A stretch of DNA of 63,417 nucleotides, counting the filler. It is 5 parts of 5 records of this genome, joined end to end, with 100 filler letters (N's around TTAATTAATTAA, not from the genome) between each part and the next. Parts side by side here need not be neighbours in the genome. Positions count along the whole stretch, not along the records: positions 21,698 to 36,735 come from SRR2962707_501; positions 36,836 to 45,709 come from SRR2962707_518; 3 more parts are not named here. One strand, written 5' to 3'. The notes under the pieces are model-generated. The model saw nothing but the letters and a program-made list of their open reading frames with translations, made no database searches and was not told the origin of the DNA. Positions 30,178 through 38,286 of this stretch are shown piece after piece (within the stretch, counting starts at the first letter, position 1; the number at the start of each line of letters is the position of its first letter). A program made the position numbers and the translations under genes.

Positions 30178-30750
30178 TCAAGCCTCCGTTGCAAATTGGT
30201 CAATGCGGGCGCAGATCAGATGCATGGCCAGCTGGTGCATTTCCTGAACCCGGGCGGTACCGACGCTGGGTGAAACAAAGGCGTGGTCGACCGCCGTCGC
30301 CGCCATTTGGCCAGCTTCACCCGTAAAAACTACTGTTGCCGCGCCGGCGGAGCGTGCTGCTTCCAGTCCACTGACCACATTGCGGGAGCTTCCGCTGGTA
30401 GTGAAACCCACCGCGATATCACCAGGTCGAGCAAATGCCGTGACCTGACGGGCGAATACATCGTCAAACGCGTAATCATTGCCGACGCAGGTCAGTGTCG
30501 CGACATCGGCGCACAGTGCCTGGGCGGGAAGGGGTGCACGCTCAGCTTTGTAGCGACCTGTCAATTCGCCGGTAAAATGCAGGGCCTCAGACGCACTTCC
30601 CCCATTTCCAAACGCGTAAAGCCGACCACCACCAGACAAAGATTTCCAAATTGCCGTGGCGATAGCCTCAATTCCCACGACCTTGTCGCGCATCGCCCCG
30701 GCCATTGAGAAATGCTCCTCAATCTCGTTCAGCATCATGACCTTGCCCAT
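30178..30750 (-). CDS. SIS-domain sugar-phosphate isomerase, GmhA (phosphoheptose isomerase)-like
   Basis: FGNGGSA..A.HF..ELTGRY, GNDY, TTSGSS.NV, RVQEMH....H; start at ATG 30750. Confidence 0.88.
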   Translation of the reverse strand: MGKVMMLNEIEEHFSMAGAMRDKVVGIEAIATAIWKSLSGGGRLYAFGNGGSASEALHFTGELTGRYKAERAPLPAQALCADVATLTCVGNDYAFDDVFARQVTAFARPGDIAVGFTTSGSSRNVVSGLEAARSAGAATVVFTGEAGQMAATAVDHAFVSPSVGTARVQEMHQLAMHLICARIDQFATEA

Positions 30751-30754
30751 CTCG

Positions 30755-31729
30755 TCACTCCCTTTCGCGCAGTGCCACACGCCTGCCGATCTCCGCACCC
30801 ATTTCATTCCAAGCCACCGCCGCCGCCGACAGCACGCCGGAGTCTCGCCCGAACTGTGTTCCGCGCACGTTGAGCGCCCGGCCAACCGAAGCCGACATGC
30901 CGCCGTCATCGAAGGCAAAAGCCGGCGCCAGCAAGTCGTGTCCGGCCTCGGTGACCCCGCCACCAAGGCAAATCAAGGCCGGGTCAAAGACATCAACCGC
31001 CGCGCGCACTACACGGCGCAGCATTCGCATGGAGCCGGTCCAATGCGCGATCGCGACCCGGTCCCCGGCAGCGGCTCTGGCCGCGATGTGTTGAGCCGTC
31101 ACCGCCGGCCCACCATGTTCTTCGGAAAAGCGCTCACCGATTGATGTTCCAGACACATAGGCCTCAACACAGCCAGACAAGCCGCATTTGCAGCGCCGTC
31201 CGTCGAACACCAGCGGCATGTGTCCCAGCTCACCGCCGTTTCCTGAATGTCCGGTCAACAAGATGCCGTTGGTGATGACCCCGCACCCAACGCCCGAGGA
31301 CACCGTGATATAAGTCACATCGCTCACATAGTCGGGATTGTCCCAAAGAAAGGTCGCGATAGCGCCGGCTGCGGCATCATTCTGCAAAAAGGCAGGGACA
31401 CCAGCGACAGCGGCCATCCGCTCGCGGATTGGCACAGCATTCCAGTCCGGCAGGTTCGGCGGCGTCAGGACGAGCCCCCGATCAAGATCAAGCGGGCCGC
31501 CGCATGCAATGCCAACGCCCGCGACCCGCGCGCCGTTCGTCTGAGCCAGCTGCAACATCTGGCCAGCAAGCTCATCGATAAGCGCAAGACTGCTAGTCAC
31601 AGATCGCGGAGAAGGCTCGCGCGCTTGAAACAGCACTCGACCAGCAGCATCAACCACTCCGACAGCCATTTTCGTCGCTCCGATATCGACGGCAAGTGCG
31701 ACTGAGGAGCCATAAGTATCTTTAGTCAC
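30755..31729 (-). CDS. ROK-family sugar kinase
   Basis: AVDIGATK, LQNDA, SSGVGCG, GELGH, CKCG..GCVE; no N-terminal HTH; GTG 31729 preferred because ATG 31759 lies inside the operator. Confidence 0.9.
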   Translation of the reverse strand: MTKDTYGSSVALAVDIGATKMAVGVVDAAGRVLFQAREPSPRSVTSSLALIDELAGQMLQLAQTNGARVAGVGIACGGPLDLDRGLVLTPPNLPDWNAVPIRERMAAVAGVPAFLQNDAAAGAIATFLWDNPDYVSDVTYITVSSGVGCGVITNGILLTGHSGNGGELGHMPLVFDGRRCKCGLSGCVEAYVSGTSIGERFSEEHGGPAVTAQHIAARAAAGDRVAIAHWTGSMRMLRRVVRAAVDVFDPALICLGGGVTEAGHDLLAPAFAFDDGGMSASVGRALNVRGTQFGRDSGVLSAAAVAWNEMGAEIGRRVALRERE

Positions 31730-31741
31730 GTAACCACCGAG

Positions 31742-31761
31742 ATATGACAACGATTGCATAT
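31742..31761. promoter_or_regulatory. LacI-type operator 1
   Basis: ATA-TGACAACGATTGCA-TAT; pseudo-palindrome with central CG, upstream of the ROK operon. Confidence 0.75.
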
Positions 31762-31883
31762 TTTCTATCTGGCATGTTGGTGATTGGTCGTCAAGATGAA
31801 CCCGGAGTTAGAGAAAATTTCTCAAATCCCCGCGAAGTTACAGGGCCGCACCCTAACTCGCCCGTGATTGACACAACAGATTT

Positions 31884-31903
31884 ATGTGATAACGATTGCA
31901 CAT
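31884..31903. promoter_or_regulatory. LacI-type operator 2 overlapping the ABC-operon promoter
   Basis: ATG-TGATAACGATTGCA-CAT, 13/14 core identity with operator 1; TTGACA at 31868-31873 upstream. Confidence 0.75.
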
Positions 31904-31921
31904 CCAATGAGGGAGGAAACT

Positions 31922-33268
31922 GTGAAAAACACCTATATCTGGGGCGCGTCTGTACTCGCGTTGACGGCTGCATCTGCCATTGCCAGCCAAGGAGCTGAAG
32001 GGGAACTGCGCGTTGTTTACCGCGAGGCGCCGTATCTCAATGCCGTGATGGAATCGGCCGAAGCGGACTATGAAGCCGCTAATCCGGAAATTGATGTAAA
32101 GCTGGAACCGGTCAGCGCGTCATCTCGCGACTACTACACAAAAGTCTCGCTGATGAATCAGTCCGCCTCGACTGCGCCGGACATCATTTACGAAGACGGC
32201 TACAACGTAACGGCGGATGCGGCTGCAGGCTTTCTGGCGCCGCTGGACGAGCGCGTTGCCAACTGGGATGACTGGAGCAAGTTCGTCGAGATTGCCAAGC
32301 AGAATGGCACCTCTTTTGTTGATGGCAAGCTCTATTCAATTCCGATGGGCACCGACACGCAGGCCATATGGTTTAACCGCAATGTTCTGGGAGAAGCCGG
32401 CCTGCCCGCTGACTGGCAACCAAAGACATGGCAGGACATCCTCGACGCCGCAGCCCAGATCAAGACTGCTGTGCCGGACGCGATTCCGCTGAACCTTTAT
32501 GTCACCAAAGCCGGCGGCGAGGCATCGACCATGCGTGGGTTGATGAACCTGCTGTCGGGAACACCCGGTGCATTGTCCGCCACCCTCTATGATCCGACAG
32601 ACGGCAAGTGGATCGTTGGCTCCCAGGGGATGCATGACACGCTGGAATTCCTCAAGACAGCGTATGACAGCGGTTATCTTGCTTCGGACAACGACCTGCA
32701 AGACGTCAACTTCCAGAACGTTTTGGTCGAGCAGCACGTCCCCGCAGACAAGGTTGGCATGTTCATTGACGGCAGCTGGATCTGGTCCCGCTGGTCGGAG
32801 TTGGGCACGGCTCCCTGGGCTGACTGGAACACAACCGTGGGCATGGCCAAGATTCCAACCCAGACTGGCGAAGGCAACGGCTTCACCTCAATGTCGGGTG
32901 GCTGGACGATTGCCATGAGCGCCCATGCTGAAGACAAAGATGCCGCGTTTAAATTTCTCACCACTGTCGCCAACTACGAAAACAGCCTGAAGTACTCGGT
33001 TCTGTCCGGCGCGGTCGGTGTCCGTGAAGACGTGATCTCCGATCCTCAGTTCCTCGATGCCAACCCAACAGGCGAGTTCTTCTCTTCGTTGGTTGCAGTC
33101 ACCAATTTCCGTCCGGCTGTCGAGGTCTACCCGCAGGTCTCCTCGCTCATTCAAGAAACTATGGAAGCCGTCACCGTTGGTGGGACCAGCGTCGAAGACG
33201 CCATGGCACGCTTTGACAACCAGGTCGCACGCCTAGTTGGCCGTTCCAACGTGAAATCTGCGGAGTAA
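31922..33268 (+). CDS. Carbohydrate ABC transporter substrate-binding protein (CUT1)
   Basis: GAGGGAGG RBS before GTG 31922, signal peptide, APDII, LAPLD, DGKLYSIP, SGGW. Confidence 0.93.
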   Translation: MKNTYIWGASVLALTAASAIASQGAEGELRVVYREAPYLNAVMESAEADYEAANPEIDVKLEPVSASSRDYYTKVSLMNQSASTAPDIIYEDGYNVTADAAAGFLAPLDERVANWDDWSKFVEIAKQNGTSFVDGKLYSIPMGTDTQAIWFNRNVLGEAGLPADWQPKTWQDILDAAAQIKTAVPDAIPLNLYVTKAGGEASTMRGLMNLLSGTPGALSATLYDPTDGKWIVGSQGMHDTLEFLKTAYDSGYLASDNDLQDVNFQNVLVEQHVPADKVGMFIDGSWIWSRWSELGTAPWADWNTTVGMAKIPTQTGEGNGFTSMSGGWTIAMSAHAEDKDAAFKFLTTVANYENSLKYSVLSGAVGVREDVISDPQFLDANPTGEFFSSLVAVTNFRPAVEVYPQVSSLIQETMEAVTVGGTSVEDAMARFDNQVARLVGRSNVKSAE

Positions 33269-33271
33269 GTC

Positions 33272-34186
33272 ATGGCGGCTGGGACCAACATATTGGGACG
33301 CATGTCCTCTTTTACAGTTAAGTCGATCCGCGTTGCGCCGCTGGTCCCGGCCACTTTGATGATCTTGGGATTTTTCTTGGTTCCGATCCTGTGGGCGATC
33401 TATGCCTCGCTGACAAACCAGGGATTGTCGGGCGCAAATGCCCGCAACCCGCAATTCATCGGTTTTGAAAACTATTATTACCTGTTTACTGACACGCGGA
33501 CCTGGGAAGCACTATGGCGCACAGCGATCTTTGTCTGTTTGTCTGTTCTTGGGCAGAACGTCGTCGGATTTCTGATCGCCTTTGGCCGGCAGGCCGCGTC
33601 ATCGTCAGTTCAGAACATCGTATCGACGATCGTCATCGTAGCTTGGGTCGTTCCGGAGGTGGTCGCCGGCTTTCTCTGGTACACTTTCCTGCGTGGCGAC
33701 GATGCCGGCATGAACCAGATCCTGGGTTTCCTGGGCTTGCAAAAGCAAAGCTGGCTTCTCACCGCCCCCATGGCCGCTGTGATCGTCATCAACGTCTGGC
33801 GCGGTTGCGCCTTCTCAATGCTGGTCTACAACGCCGCCCTGCAGGACGTGCCGCGAGAGGTGCTTGAGGCCGCCGAGATCGATGGCGCGGGCGGATTCCA
33901 CAAATTGTTTGGCGTGATCCTCCCAATCATCCGGCCAGTCATAGCGATCAATGTCGTTTTGACGACCCTGAGCACACTGGGCGTTTTCGGCCTAATCTGG
34001 ATCACCACGGCGGGCGGCCCCGGCACCCAGTCAGAAACGCTGCCCCTGCTGATGTACAACCAGGCCTATGATTTCGGCATGATCGGCTACGGCTCGGCCA
34101 TTGCCGTCCTGCTGTTGGCTTTCGGCGTCATCGCATCGCTGTTCTATGTTCGCCTCTTCCGCGTAGGAGCCGCCCGTAATGATTGA
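33272..34186 (+). CDS. Carbohydrate ABC transporter permease
   Basis: FIGFENY, six TM segments, EAAEIDGA, T.GGPG. Confidence 0.94.
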   Translation: MAAGTNILGRMSSFTVKSIRVAPLVPATLMILGFFLVPILWAIYASLTNQGLSGANARNPQFIGFENYYYLFTDTRTWEALWRTAIFVCLSVLGQNVVGFLIAFGRQAASSSVQNIVSTIVIVAWVVPEVVAGFLWYTFLRGDDAGMNQILGFLGLQKQSWLLTAPMAAVIVINVWRGCAFSMLVYNAALQDVPREVLEAAEIDGAGGFHKLFGVILPIIRPVIAINVVLTTLSTLGVFGLIWITTAGGPGTQSETLPLLMYNQAYDFGMIGYGSAIAVLLLAFGVIASLFYVRLFRVGAARND

Positions 34187-35018
34187 CCTTTCCACGGCCA
34201 AGGGTCGCAGTCGCACCGCCGCCAACCTGTCGCTGACCTTTGTCGCTCTGGCATTCCTAGCGCCGATGCTCTGGGTGGTTCTGGCGGCATTCGATGCCGA
34301 GGCGACACTGGCATTCAAGATGCCTGCCCGCTGGAGTCTCGACAACTTCGGTGCAATCCTGACCGAGAACGTGACGATCCGTCCGTTCTTCAACAGCCTG
34401 CTTATTTCGGCAGGCACCTCAGCCCTGGTTGTAATCATCGCGCTTTTTGCCGGTTACCCACTGTCGCGCTACAAGCTGCGTTATGGCACCCACTATATCT
34501 ACGTCATTGTTTTTGCGAGCGCACTGCCCGTCACTGCAATCATGGTGCCGATATATGTAATGTTTGTGCATATTGGCATGGTCGATACTCTGCTCGGCGT
34601 CATCATCTTTCGCACCGCATCAGAATTGCCTTTTGCGATTTGGCTGATGAAAGGATTCATGGACGCGATCCCCACTGATTTGGAAGAAGCGGCCTGGGTT
34701 GAAGGCGCCTCTCGCATGCAGGGCGTCGTCGCGATCATGCTGCCGCTTCTGGCCCCCGGTTTAGCGACTATTTTCATTCTCAGCTTCATCGAGAACTGGG
34801 GCAATTTCTTTGTGCCATTCATTCTGCTGCAGACCCGGGAAAACTATCCGATGGCGGTATCGCTCTACAGTTTCTTTGGCGAATATGGTGAAGCAGTCTA
34901 TGGCCAATTGGCGGCTTTCGCGCTGATCTATACCGCGCCATCCCTTCTGATCTATTTCCTGGTTCGCAAACCACTGGAAAGCGGTGGCCTGCGTCTGGGT
35001 GGTGCAGTCAAGGCGTAA
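34179..35018 (+). CDS. Carbohydrate ABC transporter permease
   Basis: FFNSL, LEEAAWVEGA EAA loop, C-terminal GAVKA. Confidence 0.94.
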   Translation: MIDLSTAKGRSRTAANLSLTFVALAFLAPMLWVVLAAFDAEATLAFKMPARWSLDNFGAILTENVTIRPFFNSLLISAGTSALVVIIALFAGYPLSRYKLRYGTHYIYVIVFASALPVTAIMVPIYVMFVHIGMVDTLLGVIIFRTASELPFAIWLMKGFMDAIPTDLEEAAWVEGASRMQGVVAIMLPLLAPGLATIFILSFIENWGNFFVPFILLQTRENYPMAVSLYSFFGEYGEAVYGQLAAFALIYTAPSLLIYFLVRKPLESGGLRLGGAVKA

Positions 35019-35023
35019 GGCTC

Positions 35024-36448
35024 ATGAGCAAGCGACCCAATATCCTGTTTCTGCTTTCAGACCAGCACGCATTCCGCGCTCTTGGTGATGTTCCCGGGAG
35101 CCCTGTGCAAACACCCAATTTGCTGAGATTGGCAGCGGAAGGTGTCCGGTTCGACAATGCCTATTGTCAGAGCCCGCTATGCGTGCCCAGCCGGGCCTGC
35201 CTGTTGACTGGCAAACACGCGCGCACAACTGGAATTTACGATAATCAAGACATATTGCCCGCCAATAGTCCTACCTTGGCGCGCAGCTTTTCCGAGGGCG
35301 GCTATCGTACTGCGCTGATCGGGAAGTCTCATTTCAATGGCGAACAATTCCACGGTTTCCAGCAGCGTCCCTATGGTGATTTCTATGGGCAGGCCCATCA
35401 ACCCGATCCTTGCCGTCATGCCAATGAAAGCGGACTGGGCGACATCCTGCAGGATGCAGGCCCATCGGGCATCCCACTCCCCATGACCCAAACGGAAATT
35501 TGCGTGGCCGAGGCGACAAAATGGCTGCAGGAACGGGCGGCCGACTTGAGTGCACCGTTCTTTCTTGCTGTTCAGTTTGACAAACCACATTTCCCGATCA
35601 ATCCCCCCGCCGGATTCTACGAACGGTTTGCGGGAAAGATCGACCTGCCAGTTTTTGATAGGAATTGGATGGAAGCCGCCCCCGCTTTTGTGCGAACAGC
35701 GTGGTCCAACAGCGGCACCGCCCAGCACAGTGCTGACGCAGAAGCGAACCTGCGGGCGCTGGCCGCCTACTTTGGCTGTGTCGAGTGGGTAGACGACGCG
35801 GTCGGGCGCTTGCTCGCGGTGCTCGATTATCTCGATCTGAGCCGCGACACGATCGTGATCTACGCCTCCGATCACGGCGAAATGGCGGCCCAGCGCGGCA
35901 TGTGGCAAAAGACCGTTTTCTATGAGGACAGCGCCCGTGTGCCACTCATCCTACGCTGGCCGGATCGGGCCAAGCCAGGCCTGCGCAGTAATGCTGCTGT
36001 CGGTTTGATCGATCTCTACCCAACACTATGCGCAGCCGCCGGTGTCTCCTGTCCGGGCGCGCTTGAGGGAATCGACATCTCCCCCGCGCTAAGTGACGAA
36101 CCACTCCCTCCTCGCGACCTTTTCTGTGAGAGCGTGGTCCTCAAGCAGCCCGAACATGCTGGATGCATGGTGCGCCGGGACCGCTGGAAATATGTGCTTT
36201 ATCTTGATGGAGCCGAAGAGCTGTACGACCTCAGCGTCGATCCGGATGAATGGCATGATTTGTCCAAGGACCCGGTCACCGAAGCTTTGCGCGGCGACTT
36301 GCGCTCGACTGTGCGTCAGTTTTGGCAACCAGACGCATTTGCTCAGCGCTATGCTGCCACGCCTCGGATGCCGCGCGAGAAGCACTTCTATCCCTATTCC
36401 AATCAATTCCTGACCGGTGACGGCAGGGTTTTTGATGCGCGTCCCTGA
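35024..36448 (+). CDS. Formylglycine-type sulfatase (choline-sulfatase-like), cytoplasmic
   Basis: [16 protein letters not shown] (CxPxR), GKSH, SDHGE, WQK, ELYDL..DP.E. Confidence 0.92.
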   Translation: MSKRPNILFLLSDQHAFRALGDVPGSPVQTPNLLRLAAEGVRFDNAYCQSPLCVPSRACLLTGKHARTTGIYDNQDILPANSPTLARSFSEGGYRTALIGKSHFNGEQFHGFQQRPYGDFYGQAHQPDPCRHANESGLGDILQDAGPSGIPLPMTQTEICVAEATKWLQERAADLSAPFFLAVQFDKPHFPINPPAGFYERFAGKIDLPVFDRNWMEAAPAFVRTAWSNSGTAQHSADAEANLRALAAYFGCVEWVDDAVGRLLAVLDYLDLSRDTIVIYASDHGEMAAQRGMWQKTVFYEDSARVPLILRWPDRAKPGLRSNAAVGLIDLYPTLCAAAGVSCPGALEGIDISPALSDEPLPPRDLFCESVVLKQPEHAGCMVRRDRWKYVLYLDGAEELYDLSVDPDEWHDLSKDPVTEALRGDLRSTVRQFWQPDAFAQRYAATPRMPREKHFYPYSNQFLTGDGRVFDARP

Positions 36449-36474
36449 GACGTCTAGACCAGAAGGAAAAAACG

Positions 36475-36735
36475 ATGGCGGGCCTAACGCTCAAGAACGT
36501 GCGCAAAAGCTATGGTACGGTTGAAATCATCAAGGGTATCGATCTGGAGGTGAAGGACGGCGAATTCGTCGTGTTCGTCGGCCCCTCAGGGTGTGGCAAG
36601 TCCACATTGCTGCGCATGATTGCGGGGCTGGAAGAAATCTCGGATGGCGAATTACGGATAGGCGACACCCTGTGCAACGACATCCCTGCCAAGGCCCGCG
36701 GCATTGCCATGGTGTTTCAGTCCTATGCGCTCTAT
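36475..36735 (+). CDS. MalK/UgpC-type ABC ATPase, N-terminal fragment
   Basis: [10 protein letters not shown] Walker [10 protein letters not shown]; truncated by the spacer. Confidence 0.95.
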
Positions 36736-36835
36736 NNNNNNNNNNNNNNNNNNNNNNNNNNNNNNNNNNNNNNNNNNNNTTAATTAATTAANNNNNNNNN
36801 NNNNNNNNNNNNNNNNNNNNNNNNNNNNNNNNNNN
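36736..36835. other. Artificial contig spacer
   Basis: N44-TTAATTAATTAA-N44. Confidence 0.99.
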
Positions 36836-36937
36836 CTTTTCCTTGGCGGTGTCGGGGATGATGATGCCGCCAGCGGTTTTTTCCTCGCTGTCGACGCGGC
36901 GGACCACAACGCGGTCATGCAGGGGACGGAAGCTCAT
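36836..36937 (-). CDS. groES: Co-chaperonin GroES, N-terminal fragment
   Basis: Translates [42 protein letters not shown]. Confidence 0.97.
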
Positions 36938-36983
36938 GGTCGCTCCTTTGGAACGTAAAGTTGAGATGTAATTTCCTCCGCTA

Positions 36984-37010
36984 TTAGCACTCTAGTGTTA
37001 AGAGTGCTAG
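36984..37010. promoter_or_regulatory. CIRCE element (HrcA operator)
   Basis: TTAGCACTC-N9-GAGTGCTAG, one mismatch to consensus, in the groES leader. Confidence 0.93.
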
Positions 37011-37023
37011 CAGCATGTCGTGC

Positions 37024-37052
37024 AGATAGGAGAGGGGGGTGCGCAAGTCAAG
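37024..37052 (-). promoter_or_regulatory. RpoH (sigma32)-type promoter of groES
   Basis: Minus strand CTTGAC-N16-CCTATCT immediately upstream of CIRCE. Confidence 0.7.
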
Positions 37053-37152
37053 AATGTCGCATGCAAAAAATTTTGCATCGCGGACAGGGGCTTGTTATGC
37101 CGTTGCGCGATTTGCATGCGCCACGTTCATGCGGACATAAAAAGACGAGACG

Positions 37153-38283
37153 ATGACAGAATTGGAAAACATGTCCGCACTAGAATGGAATCCGCCGACC
37201 CTGTCGGTCATCGTCCCCACCTTCAATGAACGCGACAACATTGCCCCGCTTATCGAAAAGCTCGAGGCTGCGCTCGCAGGCACCAGTTTTGAAGTCATCA
37301 TCGTCGATGACAACAGTCCGGACGGAACGGCGGACCTTGCCAAGCAGATAGCGACGCAAAAATCCCACGTCAGATGCATCCATCGCATCGGGCGGCGCGG
37401 CCTGTCATCGGCCTGCATCGAAGGCATGGCGTCCTCGGCGGCAGAGTTCGTGGCGGTTATCGATGCAGACCATCAGCATGACGAGGCAATTCTTCCCCAG
37501 ATGCTGCAAGAGGCCCGTCACGGGGCCGATATTGTCGTCGGCTCACGCTACATTGGAGAAGGCAGTTCCCAGGACGGCTTTTCCGCCAGCCGCCAGAAGG
37601 GCTCCGAGTTGGCCACGCGGCTCTCGGGCGTTCTCACCGGCAAGGCTCTATCCGACCCGATGAGCGGGTTTTTCCTGCTCCGCCGGTCGTTGTTCAATGA
37701 AATCGTGCCGCGCCTTTCGCGTGAAGGCTTCAAGATCCTGCTCGACATCATTGCCACGGGCAACCGTCAGCTCAAGCGCAAGTTGGTTATCACCGAGGTG
37801 CCCTACACCTTCCGCCCGCGCTTTGCCGGCGAAAGCAAGATGAGTGCGCTGGTCGTTGCCCAGTTTCTGGGGTTGATCGTGTCGCAGATTTCCCGTGGCA
37901 TCCTGCCCACCAGCTTTCTTCTGTTTTCGCTGGTCGGTGCGTCGGGCGTCGTGGTCCACCTCTCGGTGCTGACCTTTGCCTTCGAAGTTCTCAATTTCAA
38001 CTTCGCCAACAGCCAGTTGGCGGCAACGCTGGTCGCCATGACCACCAACTACCTGCTCAACAACGAATTGACCTACGCCGACAAGAAGCTGACCGGCCGC
38101 CGCTTCTGGACGGGGCTTTTGAGTTTCTATCTTGTCTGCAGCTTCGGCACGCTGGCCAATGTCTCTGTGGCCAGCATGCTGTTTGAGACCAACATGGCCA
38201 ATTTCATCGTCGCCGGCATCGCCGGTGCGGTGATGAGCGTGGTCTTCAATTATGCGGTCACCCGCATCTTTACCTGGCGGTGA
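37153..38283 (+). CDS. GT2 polyprenol-phosphate glycosyltransferase fused to a GtrA-like flippase domain
   Basis: VPTFNE.DN, VDDNSPDGT, DADHQHD, VGSRY, SDPMSGFF, GESK; C-terminal four-TM GtrA-like region ending NYAVTRIFTW. Confidence 0.9.
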   Translation: MTELENMSALEWNPPTLSVIVPTFNERDNIAPLIEKLEAALAGTSFEVIIVDDNSPDGTADLAKQIATQKSHVRCIHRIGRRGLSSACIEGMASSAAEFVAVIDADHQHDEAILPQMLQEARHGADIVVGSRYIGEGSSQDGFSASRQKGSELATRLSGVLTGKALSDPMSGFFLLRRSLFNEIVPRLSREGFKILLDIIATGNRQLKRKLVITEVPYTFRPRFAGESKMSALVVAQFLGLIVSQISRGILPTSFLLFSLVGASGVVVHLSVLTFAFEVLNFNFANSQLAATLVAMTTNYLLNNELTYADKKLTGRRFWTGLLSFYLVCSFGTLANVSVASMLFETNMANFIVAGIAGAVMSVVFNYAVTRIFTWR

Positions 38284-38286
38284 ACC

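Noticed and set aside
30178-30750. Ordinary LPS-biosynthetic gmhA
   Set aside because: Context is a LacI-repressed import and hydrolysis operon with no other heptose biosynthesis genes, so the symbol was withheld
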